From: Bacteroidota bacterium
GTDB taxonomy: Bacteria; Bacteroidota; Ignavibacteria; Kapaibacteriales; UBA961
DNA length: 64,000 nt
NCBI GenBank assembly: GCA_964204605.1
Contig: OZ123195.1
Coordinates: forward strand, 751,814-815,813
Direction: 5' to 3'
This document shows, piece after piece, positions 1-8,470 of this stretch. Positions within the stretch are counted from its first letter, which is position 1. Each line of letters opens with the position of its first letter. Made by a program: the position numbers and the translations under genes. Below the pieces are notes generated by a model, which worked only from the letters and a program-made list of their open reading frames with translations, was not told the DNA's origin and made no database searches.

Positions 1-572
1 ATGATAAAGTATTATGGCTTTTAGAAAAAGTAGGATTGCAACCAGAATATTCATCAAGATTTCCTCATGAATTTTCTGGCGGACAAAGACAACGCATTGG
101 TATTGCAAGAGCATTGGCAACTAATCCAGAATTAATTATTTGTGATGAACCTGTTTCTGCACTTGATGTATCTGTGCAAGCTCAAGTAATTAATTTGATG
201 GAAGATTTAAGAGATGAATTTGGTATATCATATTTGTTTATTGCACATGATTTATCGGTTGTTCATCATATTAGTAAAAGAATCGGAGTTATGTATTTAG
301 GAAATATGGTAGAAGTAGGCGAAGCAGATGATATTTATTTCAATCCTAAACATCCATATAGCAAAGCTTTATTGTCTTCTGTTCCTAATCCAGACCCAAA
401 ACAAAAAGGTAAGAAAAGAATTGTTCTTAGTGGTGATATACCCAATCCATTAAATAAACCAAGTGGATGCAGTTTTAGAACAAGATGTCCAATTGCCCAA
501 GAATCATGTTCATTATCTATTCCTGAACTAATAGTTAAAGAAAATCAATTGGTAGCTTGCCCTTTGGTATAA
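1..572 (+). CDS. Oligopeptide/dipeptide ABC transporter ATP-binding protein (OppF/DppF family), 5'-partial. The reading frame is open from the window start (frame of nt 3) and the real start lies upstream of the window.
   Basis: The translation carries the ABC signature LSGGQ region ([17 protein letters not shown]), the Walker B motif (LIICDEP) and the C-terminal oligopeptide-ABC extension with a Cys cluster. There is no in-frame stop between nt 3 and the listed TTG at 36. Confidence 0.8.
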   Translation, partial: DKVLWLLEKVGLQPEYSSRFPHEFSGGQRQRIGIARALATNPELIICDEPVSALDVSVQAQVINLMEDLRDEFGISYLFIAHDLSVVHHISKRIGVMYLGNMVEVGEADDIYFNPKHPYSKALLSSVPNPDPKQKGKKRIVLSGDIPNPLNKPSGCSFRTRCPIAQESCSLSIPELIVKENQLVACPLV

Positions 573-578
573 ATAGAA

Positions 579-613
579 AAATCTCTGATGAACTTCAGAG
601 ATTTTCTTTTTTT
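579..613. terminator. Rho-independent terminator. It is bidirectional: it ends the opp-like gene on + and lies just downstream of tRNA-Lys on -.
   Basis: A perfect 10-bp stem AAATCTCTGA/TCAGAGATTT with a 6-nt loop, followed by TCTTTTTTT on +. On the minus strand the same hairpin is followed by a T-rich tract. Confidence 0.6.
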
Positions 614-637
614 ATATCTCATTAAAGAGAAAAAGTG

Positions 638-709
638 TGATCCCGGTAGGACTTGAACCTACGGCCCTCGGATTAAAAGTCAGATGCTCTACCACTGAGC
701 TACGGGATC
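638..709 (-). tRNA. tRNA-Lys (anticodon UUU)
   Basis: The reverse complement folds as a cloverleaf: acceptor GATCCCG/CGGGATC, D-arm GCTC/GAGC, anticodon loop CTTTTAA, T-arm GTAGG-TTCAAGT-CCTAC, 5-nt variable loop, discriminator A. No CCA is encoded. It is very similar to canonical bacterial tRNA-Lys(UUU). Confidence 0.85.
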
Positions 710-768
710 AACCTTATTAGATTTCAAAATTAAGTATATTTTATTTTTTAACCAAAAATAAACTTTAA

Positions 769-776
769 TACTTTTG
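769..776 (+). promoter_or_regulatory. Candidate Bacteroidota-type -7 promoter element (TACTTTTG = TAnnTTTG) upstream of the beta-barrel OMP gene.
   Basis: Exact match to the TAnnTTTG consensus about 49 nt upstream of the ATG at 825. No clear -33 TTTG is present. Confidence 0.25.
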
Positions 777-824
777 AATCGTCTAAACTTGTACATGTAT
801 TTTATTTTGAATAAGGAAATTTTT

Positions 825-1541
825 ATGAGACAAATTATACTTTCATTATTGTATGTATTTTGCTTTTTTTCATGTAAAAATACATTGCTTTCACAAAGTT
901 CATTTGGTTTGCAAGTTGGTCTTGCTACACCATCAGAAAAATTGAATCAAATTTATAATGAAGATTTATTAAAAGTACAAAATGCATTGGGAGTTTTATT
1001 AAGAGAGGGCCCTAATACAGGATATATTGTAAATGCAAAGTTACGTTTTGAATTAGACGAAAAAGTATGGTTTAATGGTGGGGCTGGTATAGCAAGATTT
1101 CCTCAGAGTATTATACCAATTGTTAATCAAATTGATAATAAAGACACATTAGCGATAATGACATCAATTCAAAATATTATTCCATTAAGTGCAGGATTAC
1201 ATTATCAATTTAACCGTGGCTTGGTATCATTATATTTTATGGGTGATATGACGTATAATTATATGATGAATTCTGTTGATGTAAAGTATAATAAACAAAC
1301 TTTTCCATTGCCTCCAAAAAATGAAACGATCTCTAGGATAGGAATTGGATTTGGTGCTGGATTAGATTTCCATATACCGATATTTACAGGTAATTTAGAA
1401 GCAAAATATAATATTGTCAATTTTATAGGTAGAGATCCAATAGAAGCTGAGAAATCTTACTTTACTTTAACTTTGGGAATTTATTTTGGTGAAACACAAT
1501 CTGCAATAAGACCAAAGGCTAGCCCTTCGACCGAACAATAA
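825..1541 (+). CDS. Outer-membrane beta-barrel protein (OmpW/porin-like, OMP_b-brl type), secreted. The ORF track starts at TTG 774; the ATG at 825 (MRQIIL...) is more plausible.
   Basis: N-terminal signal peptide (LSLLYVFCFFSC), alternating hydrophobic beta-strand pattern, Gly/aromatic-rich. Confidence 0.5.
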   Translation: MRQIILSLLYVFCFFSCKNTLLSQSSFGLQVGLATPSEKLNQIYNEDLLKVQNALGVLLREGPNTGYIVNAKLRFELDEKVWFNGGAGIARFPQSIIPIVNQIDNKDTLAIMTSIQNIIPLSAGLHYQFNRGLVSLYFMGDMTYNYMMNSVDVKYNKQTFPLPPKNETISRIGIGFGAGLDFHIPIFTGNLEAKYNIVNFIGRDPIEAEKSYFTLTLGIYFGETQSAIRPKASPSTEQ

Positions 1542-2766
1542 TCCATATTTCTTTAAAAGTAAGCCTTTTACCATATGTTAAGATACCAATAGAAAATATT
1601 TTAGCAGATATCATAACATTGATACCAATAGATAGGATTAATGTTATTGTACTTATGATAATCTCGATAATATTTGGGAATTGAATTGCAATTCTGGCGC
1701 TCATGATAGAGGGAGTAAGGAAAGGAATATAACTACAAACTATAGCTACTGTTCCTGAAGGATTATCCATTATCACCATCATAAATAAAAATGGTATAAT
1801 GGTGAACATCATTATAAAGCCTGTTATATTTTGCGCTTCTTGTTCTGTAGTTGCAGTGGAACCAATTCCTATTAAAATTGAGGCATAATAAAAATAACCA
1901 AGTATTGCATACATGAATATAAAAGGGATATGTGCAAATATATCACTCTGAAACCCAGAGATCACTGAGGCAATAAGTACAAATACTAACCAAGTAATGC
2001 CTTGTAAAAGCCCTAAACAACCCAGCCCAATCAATTTGCCATACATAAGTTCAATTGAGCTTACAGAAGATAGAAGTATCTCGATTATTCTATTGCTTTT
2101 TTCATCTAATAAACTTCTCACTAATAATTGACCAGAAAAAGTAACCATCATTATAATGATAAGTAGAGAACCATACATACCTATAAATTCAGTCAGAGTA
2201 TCACCTTTAGAAATATCTCCATTTGTTTTTATCTTAGTTGTATGTACTTTTACTTTAGAAGATATATCTTGAAATGTTGATTTACTTATTTTGTGTAATG
2301 ATAACAATGTATCTGTAATTACTTTTTCAATAGATTTCTCTAAAACCTCAAAATCACTAATATTACTGATATTCAGGCTATAATAATCGTATTCTCTTTT
2401 TTGAAGTAAAGAAGAGGGTAAAATAATAAAAGCATCGTATCTATCTTGAATAATAAGATCTGTATATGATTTGATATTGATAGATGTATTTGGTGAAATG
2501 TGTTCAAGAGTAGTTTTAATTGTATGCTTTTCTGTTTCTTTATTAAAGTCCAATAACGTTGAAAGTGCATTTCCTGCAAAATGTGTTTGATCTACTATTA
2601 ATACTTTTTTAGTTTCTTTAGTTATAGTATTCATCAATATCATAGGAAGGATATTGAACAAAGACATAATAATTGGGGTGAGAACTAATGAAAAAATAAA
2701 AGCCTTTGTTTTAGCTTTTTGTACAAACTCCCACTTTGCTATCTGAAATATGTGGTTAATATTCAT
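1519..2766 (-). CDS. ABC-2 family transporter permease (6 TM, large N-terminal extracytoplasmic domain)
   Basis: 415 aa. N-terminal TM helix, then a soluble domain and a C-terminal cluster of 5 TM helices typical of ABC-2 permeases. Translationally adjacent (3-nt gap) to the upstream ABC ATPase. Confidence 0.7.
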   Translation of the reverse strand: MNINHIFQIAKWEFVQKAKTKAFIFSLVLTPIIMSLFNILPMILMNTITKETKKVLIVDQTHFAGNALSTLLDFNKETEKHTIKTTLEHISPNTSINIKSYTDLIIQDRYDAFIILPSSLLQKREYDYYSLNISNISDFEVLEKSIEKVITDTLLSLHKISKSTFQDISSKVKVHTTKIKTNGDISKGDTLTEFIGMYGSLLIIIMMVTFSGQLLVRSLLDEKSNRIIEILLSSVSSIELMYGKLIGLGCLGLLQGITWLVFVLIASVISGFQSDIFAHIPFIFMYAILGYFYYASILIGIGSTATTEQEAQNITGFIMMFTIIPFLFMMVIMDNPSGTVAIVCSYIPFLTPSIMSARIAIQFPNIIEIIISTITLILSIGINVMISAKIFSIGILTYGKRLTFKEIWIIVRSKG

Positions 2767-2769
2767 TAT

Positions 2770-3687
2770 CTAGTTAATATGCTTTGAAGAAATAATATCT
2801 GTATAAATTGATAATAAGCTTGGAACAAACTTTTCAATCGAAACAATACTTTGATAGTGAGATAGCTTTTGAAGTAATTCTGTAAACTTGTTTGTATCTG
2901 TGATTGAAACTCTTACTTTATTGGTTGAAGTATGATGTATTTCACATGCTCTATCAAGTATAAAATCTTGCAATTCAATATTATCATCAAAAACTATATT
3001 ATAAGAATCACTATGATACTGATGTTTTATTTCTTCAATTGTTCCATTTAGAGCTACTTTACCTTGATGAATCATCACAATAGAGTCGCAGATTTCTTCA
3101 GCTGTTTGCAATTGATGAGTACAAAATATTATAGCCAACCCTGTTTTTTTTAATTCGATCAGAATGTCTTTAAAAAGAACTTGATTCAATGGATCTAAAC
3201 CTGAGAAAGGCTCATCAACAATTAATATCTTAGGATTATGTACTATTGATGCAATAAATTGAATCTTCTGTTGATTACCTTTTGATAATTCTGCAATCTC
3301 TCTGTTTTTATATTCTTTTATGTCAAAACGTTCTAACCAATATGTGATTTGTCTTTTAATAATAGATTTATCTTTTAATTTCAAGCTTCCAAGATAAAAG
3401 AGATTTTCCCATACAGTACTTTTTTTATATAAACCACGTTCTTCTGGTAAATAACCAAATATTGTTTTATCAATATGTTCAATTCCATCTATTGAAATAG
3501 AACCTGAATCTGGCAATAAAATGCCTAGAATCATACGTATGGTTGTTGTTTTACCGGCACCATTTTGGCCAACAATACCACAAATAGATCCGAACTCAAC
3601 ATCAAATGATATATTCTCTGCAGCTACAACTGACTTCTGGAATAATGAGGTATTAAAGGTTTTACACAGTTTTTGAACACGAAGCAT
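2770..3687 (-). CDS. ABC transporter ATP-binding protein (ABC-2 type exporter ATPase)
   Basis: Walker A GQNGAGKTT, signature LSKGNQQK, Walker B ILIVDEPFSGLD, H-loop CTHQ. Confidence 0.85.
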   Translation of the reverse strand: MLRVQKLCKTFNTSLFQKSVVAAENISFDVEFGSICGIVGQNGAGKTTTIRMILGILLPDSGSISIDGIEHIDKTIFGYLPEERGLYKKSTVWENLFYLGSLKLKDKSIIKRQITYWLERFDIKEYKNREIAELSKGNQQKIQFIASIVHNPKILIVDEPFSGLDPLNQVLFKDILIELKKTGLAIIFCTHQLQTAEEICDSIVMIHQGKVALNGTIEEIKHQYHSDSYNIVFDDNIELQDFILDRACEIHHTSTNKVRVSITDTNKFTELLQKLSHYQSIVSIEKFVPSLLSIYTDIISSKHIN

Positions 3688-3772
3688 ATATTTATTTTAA
3701 AATCTGATATATATTTTGCCTACATCTCGAGTAACAAGAAATCTAATTGTTTTTCGAAATAGATTGTTTAGT

Positions 3773-3780
3773 TAATTTTG
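3773..3780 (+). promoter_or_regulatory. Candidate -7 promoter element TAATTTTG (TAnnTTTG) upstream of the LytR_C-domain gene.
   Basis: Exact consensus match 33 nt upstream of the GTG at 3814. Confidence 0.2.
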
Positions 3781-3813
3781 TTTGGAATCAAAAATGAAAA
3801 ATAATGAGTATTA

Positions 3814-4293
3814 GTGAATAATCTCTATCAAATATTACAAATGGTTACAACTATGTTATCTAAATGGTATAAGTTGTTGATAATTATAGTATTGTCCTGT
3901 GTCGTTTTTGTTTTGATATATATCTTAATTAATCGGCTTTTTATAAATCCACCTGTAGATTCACTGTTACCTCATAATCAAAGAAGAACTGTATCAGAAC
4001 AATATATTCAACTCAATATATTAAACGGAACGAATAATAAGGGAATTGCTAGGCAAGCAATGAATTATTTAAGAGATAGGGGATTTGATGTTGTTGAAAT
4101 TAATAATTACGAATCAATCGTAAAGAAATCATTTATTCTCGATTTAGTTAATGATTCTTTATCAGCACATAATGTTGCTTTTGCGGTAGGAATTGGTGAC
4201 TCAATGATTCTTAAACGTATTGATTCTAGTTTATATCTAAGAGTGAGTCTTATTATTGGACAAGATTATCTTCAATTAAAACCTTTCCGTTAA
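3814..4293 (+). CDS. Membrane-anchored LytR_C (LytR cell-envelope-related C-terminal) domain protein. The start may be ATG 3841 rather than GTG 3814.
   Basis: N-terminal TM helix followed by a ~90-aa domain (NGTNNKGIARQAMNYLRDRGFDVVEI...) resembling the LytR_C domain. Confidence 0.5.
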   Translation: MNNLYQILQMVTTMLSKWYKLLIIIVLSCVVFVLIYILINRLFINPPVDSLLPHNQRRTVSEQYIQLNILNGTNNKGIARQAMNYLRDRGFDVVEINNYESIVKKSFILDLVNDSLSAHNVAFAVGIGDSMILKRIDSSLYLRVSLIIGQDYLQLKPFR

Positions 4294-4300
4294 ATCTACT

Positions 4301-4714
4301 ATGAACTATTTTTTAGTTAAATCAGAGCCTTTTAAATATTCGTGGACTTTATTCACAAAAGATAAAACTACATTTTGGGATGGAGTTCGTAATTATCAAG
4401 CAAGAAATACGCTAAGAGACATGAAGATAGGTGATAAAGTTCTTTTTTATCATTCTAATGAAGGATTAGAAATAGTAGGTATTGCAACTGTACACAAAGA
4501 AAGTTATCAAGACCCAACAACTGAAGATAACAGATGGGTAGTTGTGGATTTAGCCATAGATAAGAAACTTGAAACCCCAGTATCACTTCACATGATCAAG
4601 CAAGACAGCATTCTTCAAGATATGGCTTTAGTGAAACAATCAAGATTAAGTGTTATGCCTGTAACAGTTGATCAATTTCATAGAGTATTATTATTATCAA
4701 ACACTGAATATTAA
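4301..4714 (+). CDS. EVE (PUA-like) domain protein
   Basis: 137 aa. Begins FLVKSEP..., with WDGVRNYQARNTLRDMKIGDKVLFYHS and a GIATV motif typical of stand-alone EVE/PUA-fold proteins. Confidence 0.7.
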   Translation: MNYFLVKSEPFKYSWTLFTKDKTTFWDGVRNYQARNTLRDMKIGDKVLFYHSNEGLEIVGIATVHKESYQDPTTEDNRWVVVDLAIDKKLETPVSLHMIKQDSILQDMALVKQSRLSVMPVTVDQFHRVLLLSNTEY

Positions 4715-5343
4715 GTTTCTATTAAAATATTTTGAATTGTTTGTTTAATAATTTCAAATGAGTATCCCTGAATTAAGAGATGTCTATATAAAGCTTCTTT
4801 TTGCTTCTGTTTAGTTTTAAATGAAATAGATCTTAGTTTTTTTTGAGCAGATTTATAGGCATATACTTGTAAAGATTCAATTGGATAATATAATTGAATT
4901 GATTCATGTATCATTGTGTCGTCAATACCCTTTAAAGCAAGTTCCCTACGAATCCTATCAATTCCATAATATCTTCTTTGAACTTTGGCTTTGATAAATT
5001 GTTCGCAAAAAACAGGATTTGATACATAACCAAATTCTTTTACGAATTGCAAGCCATCTTCTGCTATTTTAAGACTAAATCCTTTTTTTGTTAATGCATC
5101 AAGTACTTGTTTTTCTGACCTTAAAGAATACGTTGCATAATTAAGTGCAGCTTGTCTACAATCATATGTATTCTGCATTTGAGTAATGTTTTGAATAGTA
5201 TCATCATCAACTTCTTGACCTTTTTTTAAAGTAAATTTTGATACTAGATCTATAGAACATAAAATATATGAGCCATCATCGAAGTTTAAGAAACAACATG
5301 AACGTTTCTTAGCAGCTGATATAGATACTAGTGTTTTCATCAA
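4711..5343 (-). CDS. recX: Regulatory protein RecX
   Basis: 210 aa. Three-helix repeat pattern (ALNYATYSLRSEKQVLDALTKKGF... GYVSNPVFCEQFIKAKV... GIDRIRRELALKGID...) characteristic of RecX. The start overlaps the stop of the upstream lipoprotein gene (ATGA). Confidence 0.65.
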   Translation of the reverse strand: MMKTLVSISAAKKRSCCFLNFDDGSYILCSIDLVSKFTLKKGQEVDDDTIQNITQMQNTYDCRQAALNYATYSLRSEKQVLDALTKKGFSLKIAEDGLQFVKEFGYVSNPVFCEQFIKAKVQRRYYGIDRIRRELALKGIDDTMIHESIQLYYPIESLQVYAYKSAQKKLRSISFKTKQKQKEALYRHLLIQGYSFEIIKQTIQNILIET

Positions 5344-7328
5344 AACTCTTGTCTAATTATCACTTTTGTTATTAGGCCATTTGGTAAAACAATAAAGCTA
5401 TAATTTTTTCCGGTTGATATAGAGATATTATTAGTGAGAGATAAAGGTAATTGGGTATTATTTGATAAAATACCAAATGATAATCTTCGATCCCTATCTA
5501 CATAATGGTAAGAAGATGAAGTTCCAGGTAATACATTTGAGAAAATAGGGACTCCCGTTTTTGTTATTGGATCATAATCTAAGGAATAGATTATTGAGGA
5601 ATCTTTAAGTAAGTTTATCACCCTTAAGCCTGCTTTATCATAAAAAATACCTCCATTAGGATAATTATATGATACAGCAGAATAATTGTCAGAAACGCAT
5701 ATAAACAACGATGAATCTGCATATGTTGAATACTTCATCGGTATAGAACCATTGAATGAAAATTCTACATTTTTATATGTTTTTACTACTGTTCCTAAAA
5801 CTCCATCAACAAATAATGGCGCATTTACAAGAACATTATCTAATGAACATATAAATGACTTTTCTGAGTTTGCAGCATGAACAATTTGAGTAAATGTTCC
5901 TTGATCCATTGTAAATTTTTGTAATGAAGATTCTTCTATACAAGTAACCCTTTGTTTTTCGATAACAATGATATAAGACATACCACTTTGTACAGTTGAA
6001 ATCCATTGATCAATGCGTTTTTGAGGTAAAGTAGAACTTAATATAGTAATAGGTAAAATGCCAGATGGAATAATTAATGATTGAGATATATCGCCCGCTT
6101 TTAGTGATTGCACTAATAGCGAACCACTTTGAAATTGTCCATTATCTGATGTTCTAGCACCAATACCAATAGAAATCCCATTCAATGAATAATCTGCATT
6201 TACAAATTTAATTGAACTTGTAGAAGCTGTTAATTGTGGCTTTTGTAAAGAAAATAGAAAGGTTTTACCAGCTTTATATCCCATTGAATCTACTATAATG
6301 GCAGCATAAGATGAAGAAGGAGCAAAATTGATAAATGATGTACTTAATAGTTGAGTAAAACCAGTTTGGTTAATCAGAATACGATCTTCTAATGAAGACA
6401 AACAGACTGATATTTTTTTACTGATGATAGAAAGTGGATCGACTGAATTTAAGATATCAGATTGTTGACCAGAAATTTCTCTTTTTATATCAGTTTGAAT
6501 CGAGCTTAAATTAATGATTGATAATTCAGACTCAAGCATCGATGTTAATTGTATCTCTTTAATTGCCGAAGAATTTAAATCAAGTTCATTGAGCACAAAA
6601 ACTCTTATTGATTTGTCTTTATTGCTTTTTGATAATATTAAAGTGTATATACTATCTTTGGAAAAACCGATTGTATTATTTGCATATATTCCAATGATTT
6701 CATTTGTTCTTTTATTTTTTAACGTAATAGTATAAAAACCTGATGAGATTAACACATCATTAGAAATACTTGTATTAGAGAGTCCATTACCAATTGGAAT
6801 ACCATTTTGACAACCCAAAGTAATATCTATAATGAAAGATGAATCAGCAATCATATTGATTACTTTAAGAGAAACATTCCCTTTTAAAGAATTACTTTTA
6901 AATACACTACTTTGTATGAGAATTGATGAATCTTTATTTGTAGAACTTTGACCAGAAATATATGTTTGAATGGTGCTTCGATAAAAAGATTTTTTTAATG
7001 CTCCTTGCACTTTTGTAGAATACTGTTCTTTTCCATTAGATAAAAGACTATAATGTACGCTATCTAAAGGTGAAACAAATGCTTCTGTACAAGCTCCAAA
7101 CTCTGTCTGCGAAAAACCGAATGTACCGTCCATAGAGAAAAGTCTTGGAAAGCCATCATTAGACATATTAATAAAACGAATACTTACACTACTGTCTCTA
7201 CGTGTTGTATCATATAACAATGGATTTTCTTGGGCACAACCATAAAATATAGTAAGAATAATACTTACTAAAATGGTATTGTATACCAACATTTTAATAG
7301 ATAATCCGTTACATTTAAATATCTTCAT
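5340..7328 (-). CDS. Large secreted lipoprotein of unknown function (662 aa, Ser/Asn/Ile-rich, predicted beta-rich modules)
   Basis: Lipoprotein signal (ILTIFYGCAQ), no recognisable catalytic motifs, repeated modules. Co-operonic with recX. Confidence 0.5.
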   Translation of the reverse strand: MKIFKCNGLSIKMLVYNTILVSIILTIFYGCAQENPLLYDTTRRDSSVSIRFINMSNDGFPRLFSMDGTFGFSQTEFGACTEAFVSPLDSVHYSLLSNGKEQYSTKVQGALKKSFYRSTIQTYISGQSSTNKDSSILIQSSVFKSNSLKGNVSLKVINMIADSSFIIDITLGCQNGIPIGNGLSNTSISNDVLISSGFYTITLKNKRTNEIIGIYANNTIGFSKDSIYTLILSKSNKDKSIRVFVLNELDLNSSAIKEIQLTSMLESELSIINLSSIQTDIKREISGQQSDILNSVDPLSIISKKISVCLSSLEDRILINQTGFTQLLSTSFINFAPSSSYAAIIVDSMGYKAGKTFLFSLQKPQLTASTSSIKFVNADYSLNGISIGIGARTSDNGQFQSGSLLVQSLKAGDISQSLIIPSGILPITILSSTLPQKRIDQWISTVQSGMSYIIVIEKQRVTCIEESSLQKFTMDQGTFTQIVHAANSEKSFICSLDNVLVNAPLFVDGVLGTVVKTYKNVEFSFNGSIPMKYSTYADSSLFICVSDNYSAVSYNYPNGGIFYDKAGLRVINLLKDSSIIYSLDYDPITKTGVPIFSNVLPGTSSSYHYVDRDRRLSFGILSNNTQLPLSLTNNISISTGKNYSFIVLPNGLITKVIIRQEF

Positions 7329-7386
7329 AGGAACAATCTTGTAGATTTTACTTTTATCATTTGAAAAAAACTAACTTATAGAATTT

Positions 7387-8469
7387 ATGGAAGAAAAATT
7401 ACAATCAATTATCGAACGGTATGATTTAATAACTGCAGATTTAAATGACCCACTTATTATCAATGATACTGCTAAATTTAGAATAGCTTCTAGAGAATAT
7501 AAAACATTAGAACCTATTGCAGAAGCTGCTCATAAATATATACAATTAATTAAGGATATAGATTCAAATGCACAATTAATTGAATCGATCTCTAATGACC
7601 CAGATTTAAAAGAATTGGCATTTTTAGAAAAGTCAGATCTTCAAGAAAAACTAGTTTCTTTAGAGGATGAACTTAAAATATTGCTTATTCCCAAAGACCC
7701 AAATGATACAAAAAATTGTGTTGTTGAAATAAGAGCCGGTACTGGGGGAGATGAAGCAGCAATTTTTGTTGGTGATGTATATAAAATGTATCAGAAATTT
7801 ACAGAACAAAATAATTTCACATCAGAAATCCATGATATTAGTGAAAGTGAAATGGGTGGATTTAAAGAAATTGTATTTACAATTGCAGGGGAAGATGTTT
7901 TTGGTACTATGAAATATGAAAGTGGTGTCCATAGAGTGCAAAGAATACCACTCACAGAAGCAAATGGAAGAGTTCATACCTCTGCAATAACAGTTGCTGT
8001 TCTTCCTGAAGCAGAGGAAGTTGATATTCAGATTCATGAGTCTGAATTAGAAATCGGTTTTGCAAGAGCTGGAGGAAAAGGTGGACAGAATGTAAATAAA
8101 GTTGAAACAGCAGTAAGAATAGTTCATAAGCCTTCTGGGATTGTGGTTCAATGTAGAGAAGAAAGATCGCAATTGCAGAATAGAATGAAAGCGATGAAAA
8201 TGCTAAGAAGTAAATTATATGAGTTAGAGTTTGAAAAACAATCTTCGGCTATTTCTGATAGTAGAAAATCCCAAGTGAAATCTGGTGATCGTTCAGAAAA
8301 AATACGAACATATAATTATCCTCAAAATAGAGTAACCGATCATAGACTAGAAGGCGATATTAAAAACTATTCTTTACGAGAAATAATGGATGGCGAACTA
8401 AAATCAATTATTGAACAATTACAAATTGCTGAAAGAGCAGAATTATTAAAAGAAGGTAATAGTATCTAA
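7387..8469 (+). CDS. prfA: Peptide chain release factor 1
   Basis: 360 aa, GGQ motif ([10 protein letters not shown]). The P-x-T tripeptide region ([14 protein letters not shown]) aligns with the RF1 PxT motif. There is no internal frameshift site and the length fits RF1, not RF2. Confidence 0.9.
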   Translation: MEEKLQSIIERYDLITADLNDPLIINDTAKFRIASREYKTLEPIAEAAHKYIQLIKDIDSNAQLIESISNDPDLKELAFLEKSDLQEKLVSLEDELKILLIPKDPNDTKNCVVEIRAGTGGDEAAIFVGDVYKMYQKFTEQNNFTSEIHDISESEMGGFKEIVFTIAGEDVFGTMKYESGVHRVQRIPLTEANGRVHTSAITVAVLPEAEEVDIQIHESELEIGFARAGGKGGQNVNKVETAVRIVHKPSGIVVQCREERSQLQNRMKAMKMLRSKLYELEFEKQSSAISDSRKSQVKSGDRSEKIRTYNYPQNRVTDHRLEGDIKNYSLREIMDGELKSIIEQLQIAERAELLKEGNSI

Positions 8470-8470
8470 T

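Noticed and set aside
774-824. TTG start at 774 for the beta-barrel OMP, and several other ORF-track TTG/GTG starts (44672 for ispD, 46261 for hbd paralogue 1, 60179 for trmB, 38006 for the acyl-CoA ligase).
   Set aside because: In each case a downstream ATG gives a canonical N-terminus (signal peptide or conserved motif) and removes overlaps with the upstream gene or terminator.
2373-2579. Short internal ORFs (2373–2579, 5686–5880, 6514–6735, 7822–8037, 8749–9149).
   Set aside because: They are fully nested in longer, well-supported genes on either strand and are low-complexity AT-rich frames.
7387-8469. Possibility that this release factor is prfB with a programmed +1 frameshift.
   Set aside because: It is a single uninterrupted frame of 360 aa with RF1-type features (PxT-region alignment, no SPF motif, no CUU-UGA shifty site near codon 25).
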